Shown here one piece after another: positions 22,401 through 34,900 of a stretch of DNA of 64,000 nucleotides (its first letter is position 1; every line of letters starts with the position of its first letter). A program made the translations under genes and the position numbers. The stretch is from Ostrea edulis (taxonomy: Eukaryota), in assembly GCF_947568905.1 (NCBI RefSeq), contig NC_079171.1, forward strand, positions 43,152,001 to 43,216,000, read 5' to 3'. The notes under the pieces were generated by a model. The model saw only the letters and a program-made list of their open reading frames with translations, did no database searches and was not told the origin of the DNA.

Positions 22401-25400
22401 GATTCAGAGCGGATGGCCGAGAAAACAATAAATTGGAATTGCACGTTTTAAAGTTAATTTCAATCCTCTTCTCAATTACATGTTTCAAATGTATCAGGCG
22501 CAAACATGTGAATATCTTCTGAAATGCATTAGTGATCATCAGATACTTGTAGTAAATTTTAAAATATATATTTAAATATTTTAACACTCATAGAAAAATG
22601 TGTGTATGGTACGTCACAAATGATTTTAAAAATCAACCGGAGGTTTTTTGGAGATACTATTTAAAATACCACGGCTTTAGCTTGCAATATTGAGGAAATA
22701 TTGCGTTCGTAACTGTCAAAGCATTGACGCAACAATGAAAGAGAGGGGGGTATGATTCAGCGAGGACAACCATAAAACATTGGATTAAAGATTGTAATGG
22801 TTATGTTTCCACTAATGTTGGCATTTTGAAACATGCTGAAGCCTAGGTGTTGTAGCTGTATTCCATTGCTGGTCACAGTAATTGGTAGATCAATCATGGA
22901 TAACCCTTCCTGTGGTCCTGAAGCTGTGGAAGTTTCAATTAACTGTACCGCTTGACTGAGGAATTCGTCATATCCATCGTCCAGGGAAGCTAGCTGTTCT
23001 TCATGTGGGAATGTGGCACTGGTTGAAGTAACATTAGTAACATTAGAAAGGGCAATAGACATTTCTTTCTGTTTTTGAAAGGGAGGTGACTGTAGTTATT
23101 AATAGATTGAACATTGTTGTGTCCTGTGATTTGCATGACCCCAGTCGGCTCAAATTCTGCCTCCAGTAAGTTTGTTACAGTTGTCTTCCTGATGCTGTGA
23201 TTCGTGAGGTGCTTGTTCATGATACCGGCTTAAAATGAAAAGGGAGTTCCAACGATATTAATCAAGAAATGATTAGATGACAGTGTTTGAAAATAAACTA
23301 TATTTTTCACTGCTAACCTGTATTTGTCATGTTGCTGACAAGTTTTCCAAGAGCATTTTCCCCCATGGGCTGCTTTTTGTACCATACTTCATCAGTGGGT
23401 TTCTGTTTTATCGATAGATAAAACCTTCTGCCAGGATCCAACATTTCTGAGGGTCTGTGTGATATATATTCCTTGTAAAGATTTATTGGACACATGGAGT
23501 CTCCTATATATAAAACAAATCGATAATTGTTATTAAATATTATTTTCATATATTGTTCAAACAAGATAAACCCAATATTTTATACAATATTTTTTCACCT
23601 TTTCTCTCAAACATTTTTGGGAGGAATGGCCCGCTCTCTCCATTTCCATTTCTTCTCTTGATGGCTCTTTCGGTGAATTCTAAATATTCTACCCCTGTTG
23701 CATCTTCTTTTAATTCAATATCTCCCCAAAGCATTTGTTCATGTTCATGGCGTCCTCTCAATCCAAAATGCATTGTGTTGTTGATGTATATGCTATTAAG
23801 CAGCGCCTGGGGGTTTACTAATATAAAAATTGGAATTATGTGAATTTTTTCCCCGGAATAACCAAAATCGTCCGTTTTGAGTATTTTATACAATTTTCTA
23901 AGAGTTGTAGAACTTTGTTTACGTGGCGTTATCGTATGAACTAGAATGTTTACAGTATGATAAACTAATGCAGCTGACATTTGTTTTGTTTTGGGAATGT
24001 TACCTTCTAGTAAAGTAAGTTTCTTACCATTTCCTATTTGTTTAGCATCTATAAGTCGTTGAAAATCTTCGAAAAATATCGGTTCTGCCTTTCTCTTTTT
24101 GTTGCCATGTCCCTGGGATTTTAGATCTTTTCTTTTAGACATCAGAACTTCTCTTGCATCCCTCAAGTATCTATAAAAACTTTCCAAGTAGCCCAGTAAT
24201 GTGTTCGGTTCGTATTCACCGCCGTCCGGCTTTCTCACAGACAAAAAGAATCTGGCCAAATAAATGTTTAATTCTTTTGCCGGTATCTCATGAAGTCTTT
24301 TGTTTTCGTAGCAAATATTAACAAGCCGGTCGTATAAGACTTTCATGTGTCCGTCTGTTTTTCTTGAAGTGTTTTTGTTTCTCTTACTTTGTATGAATTC
24401 GGTGGTTTCACTCTCCGACATCGCTTTAAAGCGGTTTTCTACATCAAAATTGCCGTAATTAACATTTTGATCTCCATCAGGACCAGGAATTTCTAAATAT
24501 GCTTCAGTACAGCCCTCCATAATATATTGCCCTACTATTTCCTATTGCCCGGAACGTTGATTGTTTAATTTTAAAGCTAAAACGTGTTATTGTTCTAAAT
24601 AAACAAATGTTACTTGGTTTACCTCTCTTTGGTTAGATGCTCGCTACAGTTTGGCGCTGTTTTTGAAAACTTTTCATTTAATTTTACTGTTTAAATTATT
24701 TTTTTGTGGAAAAAAGCATTACATTAGACAATTTTTTTGTGTGTAACATCATATTTCATGCACTTTTGTTAGATATCAAATGATCAAAGAAGAAATAGTA
24801 ATTTGAAATTTGAGGGCGAGACAGCCCCTTGACAACGGGCCGACACAGAAATATTCCGGCCCTTAGGGCGAGACAACCCTAGCTCCTAGCAGCTGTCTCA
24901 CCCTAGCCAAGATGGGTATATCAGGGTTGATACACTACTTGGTATATGACATAGTGTTTTAACAGTCATCCTTGCTGAATGCTACCGTTGTGACGTCAAG
25001 TGTTTTGACTGTTCACAAATATGACAGTGACGAAACGCTGTAAATTATCCAATCTTGCCAATTAATGTTCCGCGGTCTTATATATATACATACAGCCAAC
25101 TGCCAAAAGTTTATAGACAAATGGCGGACGTCAATGTCTAAACGTCAACGTAATACGGATTTTCAGTGGCTATGAAATTACAAAGAGAATAAATCTTACC
25201 TCAGTATTTTGTTATACATCCCTTTGATCTGATCATTTTCAACATTCTGATAGGTAGGGATCGATAGAGGTTCCGTATGTAAGTAACGGGTATGTTAATC
25301 CAGATGTCATTTATATTTCTCTCCAAGTCAGTGACATTGTTTATATTAGAAAGTCTGCGTTTAAGTTTATTTTTCAACAGAAACCAAATGTTTTCAATTA

Positions 25401-26448
25401 TATTTGCATCAGGTGACTGTGCTGGCCAAAACATACCTGGAATTTTGTTTATTTGTTTACATTCTTGTACAATTCGGGCACGGTGAACCGGGACATTGTC
25501 ATCTTGAAATATGTAATCGTTAGTAGGAAAAATTTTCACTACAACCGGCCACAATTGTTCTTCAAGGATATCAATATATTTATTTGCATTAATGTTGCCA
25601 TTTACCACCGTTAGTGTGCCAACTCCATTCCAGGTAATGCATCCCCACAACATTAAACTCATAGCAGGTTTCGGTGGTGCGCCGGGGCTGATGCACGCTG
25701 GTAACCATTCTTCTCCTGCCTTTCTCCTAATATAAACTCGATTGTTTTGTCCCAAAACAACTTTACATTCATCAGAGAAGATCACTTTTGACCAGTTATA
25801 GTCAACAGTCCACCGTCGTTTACCTCTCGCCCATGCCACATGGTTTTTCCTATTTTGTTCGCGAATCCTAATTTTCTTCCTGCATACACGTCGATGGTAC
25901 TTATTTTTTGACAAATAACGATGAATTGATCTTTCAGACACGGGAACTTTCCTACCTTGATTAAATTGTCCTGTTATGTCTTTTAATGGAGTGGTACGGT
26001 TAAATTTTACAAGCCGCAATAGTTGACGCTCGTCTCTAACGTCCATTTTTCTGGGGCGTCCCGATTTTTTATCATTTCCCGCACTTCCTCGAATTTCACA
26101 CCGTTTTACAACAGCATACACGGTTTTCCGGTCCATTTTCAATACCCTAGCAGTTTCAGAATAATTTCCCGTTTGTCTGTAACTGTCTACGACAATTTGT
26201 TTCACAGCTGGCGATAAATTCTTAGACTTTCCCATAGCTAGATTCAGAAGCTTGTATCAGACGATCATCAAATAAATACCAACATATGACGTCACATATA
26301 TATGACGACACAAGACCCTGTACGTATATGTGGTATGCATACGGAATCCCCGTTTTCTATATATAGAATTTACAAAAGATAAAACAAGCCACTTCCGTGA
26401 AGTTGGAATTTAGATCCGCCATTTTGTCTATAAACTTTTGGCAGGTGG

Positions 26449-26503
<55 letters not shown>

Positions 26504-27687
26504 GGGTGTTAAGAAAATTCGTTCCGTTTGTAAATTTAAAAAATTAAATAGAAAAACTAAATATTTTTGTTTCAAATTTTTACTGGTAACACTTTAGATT
26601 TTTTTTTCCATTATATCGATAGTTATCCTTCCCTATGTGCACTCTCTCGTGTTACTATGGAGTGATGTAAACATAATGTTTATTACGTCATGAAATAAAT
26701 ATGCCGAGTTCGTTGAAAAAGCAGACGTCCTGTACAAGTGTTGATACAATTAATGAACGAGCTCAAGCTTTGGCTTTATTAGATGCAGGATTATGTGTGA
26801 AGGATGTGGCTAAGCAACTATGTAAAAGTGAGCGATGGGTAACAAAGTGGAGACGAAGGCGAGAGCAAAATAAACAACTAACCGATCAACCGAGATCCGG
26901 TCGGCCATCGAAAATAGTGGGGGTAGTAAAGAAAAAAGTGGAGAACATAAAATACAAAAGAGGAAAATCAACAAGAAAATGCAGCAAGGAAATTAAGAAC
27001 TCAGGCTTTAATGTAAGTCACGTAACTGTTTATAATTATTTGCGAAAAGTTAAAAAATGGAAGGCATTTAAAAGATCGAGAAATCAACTACTGACAAAAA
27101 ACAGAGGCAAAAGAGATTGAAATTTGCTCGAGATCACAAGCATTTGACGGCTGAAGACTGGGAGAACTACATCTTTAGTGATGAATCTACAAAATATTTG
27201 TTTCATGTTCCGAACCGACAGGACGATGTTGTATGGGGGTCCCAGTCAGATGAGGTTCCAGACGTAAGCTGTGTCAAGTCAAGCGCTAAAGTCATGATAT
27301 GGGGTGCGATGGGAGTTCGGGGTTTGTCCAAACTTCACATTGTTCCAGCCGGCAAAGCTATTAATGCTGACTATTATGTGAAGAAAATTCTTCAAAAAGA
27401 ACTAAAACCTGCTCTGAATCGACAGAAAAATAGTGGTAGGATTGACGAACGAAAGTTGGTTCAATATCCAGGACACGCTACGTTTGTTCAAGATGGAGCG
27501 ACACCTCACACTGCCCTCCTAACACAAAATTAAAAACATAAAAACTTGTATATGAGTTATTTATAAATAAGTTAAGGCATGATGTGAATCATGGAACGAA
27601 CTTTCTTAACACCCTTTATATATATATATAAAGCACTAAATAATCACAACTAGGTACTGAAATTTTTTGCCCCAGCCCGGGGTCGAA

Positions 27688-27741
<54 letters not shown>

Positions 27742-28877
27742 TATAATTTGTCCAAACCGGCCTCTGAGTACTCCGGCGCTCTGTCAATTCCGGCCACAAA
27801 ATATAGTCCCTAACATTTCTTTAACAAATCCTTTATTAATAATTCCCTGTACTCCGGATACTGCGTATTCTGTATATCGGCCGGCTTACACAGTCCCAAC
27901 TGCTATCAATTAACTTTAATTATCCTGTGTAAACCGGCCCCTCGATGATACACCACCCTAATTGTTGCGGTCAATTGTATTCAGTGTACACAAGGTCCCA
28001 ACTGCTCGTAATTAGCTCTAATTATCGCATTTAAACCAGCCACCCCACGATGACCAACCTGTCGGTATTCGGTCGATCACATGCGATGTACACAAAGGGT
28101 GTCTCAAAGGAAGCCACAGGTAAGTAAAAGAGTGCAACTGGCGAGGAGTCGCGATCAGTTTAAAATAAAACCTGATTTTTAGGGGGTGCACTTTTCAATT
28201 ATGACAGCACCGCGCACGAGGTAATGGCGCTCCCCCTAATGACAGAGACGAGAACTGACATTAAAAGACAAAGTTCAATTAATCGATTAATTCGATACAT
28301 TCTTGGAATGAAATAAAATCGGCAACAATCCTGTTATGTTTTCCAAAAGCAGGGTTTCCCCTCGTGGACTTCTCGGAGCTCTACGGCGAGTCAGACAGTG
28401 ATGATATGCAGTTAGTTAGCACAACTCGCCATGTCCGGTCGATCACTCGGCATTGCATTAGTTTCTGTTTCACAAATTGAGACAGTTGAAAGTGATACAT
28501 TTACAATGAAAGCTGGGAAAGACAAATTTTAAACGAACACAACACAAACTTGACGAACGTACATAATGCAGCACTTGATAACGGCGATGGTGTAGTAGAA
28601 ATCGACAATTTACCAACAGAAAATTGCGCGAATAATTCCCAGATTTTAAACTGTTTAATAAAAATTGAAACTTTTTCAAATGAGCACAACAATAAAACAC
28701 TGACATTTATATTTTTACATTTTGAATTCTTTTGTGATATATTAAAACGTTAGCGTATGCATAGCTAGTGAATACAAGGGAAGCAACTCTCATTATTGTC
28801 AACATTCTGCACTCCGGACTCTGTGCAAACCGGCCAATTTCTTTGGAACCACACATAGCCGGTTTAGACAGATTATA

Positions 28878-28947
<70 letters not shown>

Positions 28948-31900
28948 TGATAAGGAGAAGGAGTTCTAAGTTACGGAATATAAGCCTGATCCCAATTGAT
29001 TCTTCAAAGTTCAATAAAATATGTTCAGATCAATTAGAAATCAATCATTCACGATTCTGCACCCTTTTTGCATTAATTGTTGCTCCACAGCTGATGTTCA
29101 TGTCATTATACAAATATAACGCATTAATGACTACACATATCAGTCACCACCACATATACATATATATTTCATGAGTATCATCTCAGAAAGTCTTCCTGAA
29201 TAATATATTTTACATCACGCTATTCAAAATGGAGGAGCAATTTACCTAAACAATTTTGGAGAAAAGAACATGCGATGATTTCTCGGAACAGATTCAAATC
29301 AATTCAGGACACTGTGCCAAACCATGTTTATCTAAAAATTGGAAGGGTGTTAGATGGTGTTTCTTTTTATTCAAAGTAAACTTGCATGTGGAATGCACCG
29401 AGAACAGACATATAAATATAACCCTATCATCCAAATTCTTATTAAGACACATTTAATTCATACACATTGTTCTAAAAGGTTTTAAAAGAAAATTATCCTT
29501 TTGGTGGGTTGTTTTGCGTAATGGGAAAATCAGTGTATTATATATAAACAAATTCCCTGTACTTGATGAAGTACAATGTAGGTTAATGTCACCACAAACG
29601 GATGACGTTCTGGTATGAATGATGCTTTGTATTGACGATGGTTAGACAGACGACGAGGAAATCGTTCAGAATATACATTCCTTCATTGGAGTTTCCGCAG
29701 TTCAAGTAACGTATTTCACTTCGCAAGAACTCAATCTGTTGTGTTTCGTTTTTGAATTCTTGCTTAAGATAGGTCCATCCTTTTAACACAATTGTCAATC
29801 AAACATTTTGTTTTTATTTAAATAGAGTAAATAACTCTTGAGCTAAAAAAATTCTCATATTTGTCACAACTTATCACGCTTATTTCCCTATAGTACTATA
29901 TTATATCTTAAAGCACATATACCCCATCATCAAACATCAAAACTTTCACACCAAAAATGATCTCATAATTTATCAAGTTATGTACTCATGGACACTATAT
30001 TAGATTATAATATTATAAAACCAACATATATTCACTTGCTATGAACATAATTGAAACATTACAAAGAAAAACATAAATAATTCGATCATTAAGCTGCGTA
30101 TAGCCTTCCGAATACATCACATGATGTCTTTGGACATTTTCCAAAAACACATTCATGCACCTCTTTCTTGTGAGGATTGTTTAGAATAATGCCTTAAGTT
30201 AACAAAAGAATTGTCCACATGTGTTTTGTATATTAGGGTATACCCCCATATATGTGATGTCAGGTTTTGTAAGTTATTCCCTGTAAACATTGAAAATATA
30301 CAAAGTACATACGTCACGATGAAGAGGATTAGAGGCAAAATAAAATGTGTTATACAACTTTGTCCCCAAAAGGGACAGGGGGTCCCACTATAACCATTTT
30401 AGAAATGTATTGAGGTTATTGTGACTTGCTGTATTCTTTCTGACTACTTATCCTTAAAAAAAAGCCAAGTACATCGCCACAAATGATATGACCACTTAAA
30501 AAAAAGTATAAACTCCGCTTACCTGATCAGGATATAGGGCTCACAACGGGTGTGACCGGTCGACAGGGGATGCTTACTCCTCCTAGGCACCTGATCCCAC
30601 CTCTGATGTATCCAGGGGTCCATGTTGCCCAACTCTCTATTTTGTATTGATTATAGGAGTTATGGGATTGACCACTGTTTGTTATCTTCACCGTTCATAA
30701 AAGAATATATGTGACACAAACTGCAACTTTGGTCCTAACAGGGGAATTGAGTGCTTATCCTCCATCACTATCGAACCTTTGAATTTTTTTTATCCTTGCC
30801 ATCATTGACCCGACTACTAAAACCTAGCATAGTGCCACACATGATGTAACCTATTTTTATGAAATTGTTCACAAGGGTACACAGCTAGCCTGATTAGCGT
30901 TACTCATGTATACTCTATAATACTTTCGGGTTTTTTTTGCTATCATTAAATCATAGTTAACGAAACTAAACCTGTATCATATTCATTTTACATTTTATTG
31001 ATGTTAGAAAATGAATTCATTCATTGATGGTACAGGAGTTTCAGCAGTTTCGATTTAAGTCAGCATTTCGTAAATTCCATGGTAGTTATAACCATCTAGT
31101 TCGTCAATACAATCTATCATTGGGTCAATTGCTGTCTGGCAGGTTTCATACCGATTGTTAGGCCGTTTTGGCACACTGATTTTAACTACGGATAACTCCG
31201 TTTACCTGACCAGGATATATGGCTCACGGCGGGTGTGACCGGTCGACAGGGAATCCTTACTCCTCCTAGGCACCTAATCCCATCTCTGGTGTGTCCAGGG
31301 ATCCGTGTTTGCCCAACTATCTATATTGTATTGCTTATAGGAGTTATGAGATTGATCACTCTTCGTTATCTTCACCTTTCATATACATTAGTTTTCTTGA
31401 TATATATCTTTTGAACAACAGGTATCACTACAGAAGATGAAGGCGTTTTCACTTGTGAACTTACTAACAGAATGAACGTTAAACAGAGGAAATCGATATC
31501 CATAAGCGGTACAGTATCTTTAAAAAAAATCAATATCTTTGGGTAATTTTCTAGTTAGTAAAAATAAATAATGATAAAGCGGTATGATAGTTCTATAAAA
31601 AATATATCTATGAACGATTTGGGGGATATAATTAAGCATCCACTTTTATTTTTTTATTTAGTTGAAGATCCAGAAGATCGAACCATAGCAACTGATATCA
31701 AATCCGTTATTTCTGATCCATCATTCAACCATAACAAAAGGTATGAACGCTAACATCGAATCAACTACCCACACTGCCATACTGCCTTATAAAACACTTC
31801 ACTGTACCAACCATACCCAGCCTGACACCCAAGCAGTCCCAGGGGACTGCTCTCTCAAAAAGTGGAACTGTTCTAGGACTGTCCTTGGACTGCTGTGGGA

Positions 31901-34900
31901 CTGGCCTGTGACTGCTCTAGAAAGCAGCCCCAGCAGTCTCAGTGGTCTTAGCAGTCCTGGTACTGCTTTCTGGGACTGCTTTGTTCAGCCAAGCGTGAAT
32001 GAATCACGTGATGTTAAGATTGTTAAGAAAGTCCACCACCCCTCCCCCCCCCCCCCTGTATTCAGAATATACACAAATCACTTCAGTAGTTTTTTCCCGC
32101 TTACTGGCGCATTTTAACTAGAGAACTTGAGAAAATAATGGAAGGAAATAGAATGACAAGAATATCTTCCTACATTCCACGGCTCATAAGTGTTTAAGGA
32201 AGCAGATTTTACATGAATGTGAATAATTTACTCCTTGTTCATTTCCCACTAAATCATGTTACAAGTATGTGTACTTTAGTGATTTTTCCATATGGAAATA
32301 AACAAACAAAAATATTTATCTGCCCGCGTCCGCTTTGGTCTTTGTGACATTTTCGGTGCTGGAGTTTCTAACCCAGAATAGAATTCACTCTTTTCGGTTT
32401 CAATTAGAATTTGCTTGATTAATTTTGATTGGTCAATTACATTTGAAAAATGAAATCCACTATGAGTTAAAACTGCCGCTGTGTGTTTACATGTGTCAAA
32501 ACAGGGCTATCGTGACTAGCAAACGAGTAATTATTGTTAAATGTTGTCGTCGGTAACGCTTTGAACACGTCTATTCCTTAACAAGCACTTTATAAACACG
32601 GTACCTTCGATTTCAGGTTAAAACAACATCTGCATATACATTTTGATTGAAATCTTCACAATTCGTTAGATCTGTCTAAATGTTGTAGTGAAATGCAACA
32701 ATTTTACAATGCTGGCAATAAGTAACCCATATCTAACCAATAATTTACAACTTAAAAATACGTGTACACATAAATGGAAGGAGTTTTTGCTAGCTAAATA
32801 GAGACGGTAAGTGAATAAATCATTTAGGCGACTTTAAACACATTTATCTCAATAACCCAGTCAAGAAATAAATTCAATTCTGCTACAAAATTTTCAGAAC
32901 GCAAGATACACTTCACATGTCTCTGTATGAAATATTAAAATAATAAATAATGAATGACAACAACAAAATTGCCCGGCAGAACATGGACGTCAATTGATTT
33001 TACGTTGTGAACTTGTGGTCATCAGACTTATAAACTCTGCATGTATCTTTTTTCACTCATATTCATAAACTATCATTTTGTTATAAATTCATGAAAAAGT
33101 GTCACACAAGTATTTTGAATATGTGCTGTTTTCATGTATAATATGTTGCTCTCTTTACTTACATTGTAAGTCATTTATCTTCGATTTCGACTGCCATATC
33201 GACGCGCTCCAGCGATTATCGACAATGTTTATTGATTATCTCAATGTCGGCTTAGATCCTCCCACTACTTGTTTTAACCCCGCATACTGGGACTGTTTTT
33301 CGGTTTGTTTACTGGGACTGCTTTCTGTCAGGTTGGGTCTGATTGGCACTGTAATTAGATAGAAACATATTCAGCACTGTTGTATATGTACAAAAGGAAC
33401 CAAAATTAAACCTATGTTTCTGTAAAGTTTACATATCTATCAATCAGTAAAAATGTTTAAGAAACTTATGCATGCATGTCCATGTATGTCAATTTTTAAA
33501 AGGATCAACTTTGAAATTAGATAATTTGTGAAAATGGTAGAATGCGGATTATCTACTAGTAAGGGGTAACCACAATGCTAAGTCTGATCTCTCAAGATTC
33601 TCAGCAGATATTTCCAAATATCAAATGATTTTAGTCATGATCTTGCACTATTGCGACTTTAAAAGCAATGGGTGTCATCTACTTTTTAGGATATATTAGT
33701 GTATTAACTTTGATTATTGTTAAGCAGAGGTTTCTTCGCCTATTGAGCGGATATATCTTCCTAATTCCACTTTAGAATGACCTTGACATTGTGATCTTGC
33801 GACCTCAAAATCAAATTGGGGTTATTAACTTCTTAAGTTAAACTAGTATATCAAGTATGATGCTGTCAAGAAAAGGACTCATTCTTAATATACTATATAT
33901 AATTTTGACTACATATTACTCCATTTACCTGATCAAGATAGGGTAGGAGTAGACGAGTATTGAAATGTAGACATATTAATTAATAATGTCTGATGTGTTT
34001 CATACAAATTGGATATCAGGCAGTTCATGACATACTGTATTTGGTTTCCTGATCAAGATACACAGTTGTGTTAAGTAGGACCATAGAAATATGTCATTGG
34101 AAAACATTAATAAACATATCAATTTTTGACAAATTCTGTACACACAACCATTTTATACCAAAAAATAGTATATATAATTAAGAGCATATTGACCTACCAT
34201 ACATTTTTCACCAGACCAACAGTCTCTATATCAGCTGTATATCACGTGATCAAATATCAAGATAAAATCGTACGGTGTATGTATAAATCGTTCCATTGGC
34301 ACGATATCCAAATATCAATGCAAGGTGAAGTTAATAGAAATTCAAAACATATTAATTTCTTAATTTGAAAAGTGATGGAAGCAAGTTTATCGTGACTTGT
34401 AACATGTTTAATTTTTGCATTGAACATGCAAGATGCAGCGATTTTTGTATATACAAAATTGAATCTAGCCTGAAAAACATGTTTTTTGTTGTTGAAGCCA
34501 CAACTTCCTCCCTTAACTTTCTTTTGCACTGAAGTTCACATGTCACATAAATCAAACATATTTCACTCAAAAAAATCAGGGTGTCGTGTCGATGATGAAA
34601 TTTGTATGTACGGAAACACTGTTTATGCAAATCAGTCCATTGTGAAAGTCACTATACGTGCAAATTAGGAGCGATATCAAGGTCACAATATAATATGGGT
34701 ATTACTTTAGCATGTATGTGATATAAAGAAGAAATTGAAACTATATCAAAGAGAATTAATATAACCCATTTGACAGAAACGTTTACACTATTGCGGTTTA
34801 TCGTTTGACAGCGGTGGTAAATAGCGAAAAAATATTTTAACATTTCCAACTGCAAAAGGAATGTAGATGTCATTACCTTCATCATGACGTATTTTTCATT

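Noticed and set aside
23818-24027. 70-aa insert in the recombinase within the 324-aa ORF
   Set aside because: It is a 210-nt GT-AG intron that happens to be open; removing it restores QIGNVNPQALL.
27631-27690. tRNA gene (reverse B-box-like ggttcgaccccgggc)
   Set aside because: There is no A-box or cloverleaf; it is only a short repeat fragment.
26357-29014. ORFs with YIYIYI runs
   Set aside because: They are translations of (TA)n microsatellites.
31743-32117. 124-aa ORF as a gene
   Set aside because: It lies in the repetitive left end of the CTG-TSD element and is not conserved as an ORF in the 62926 copy.
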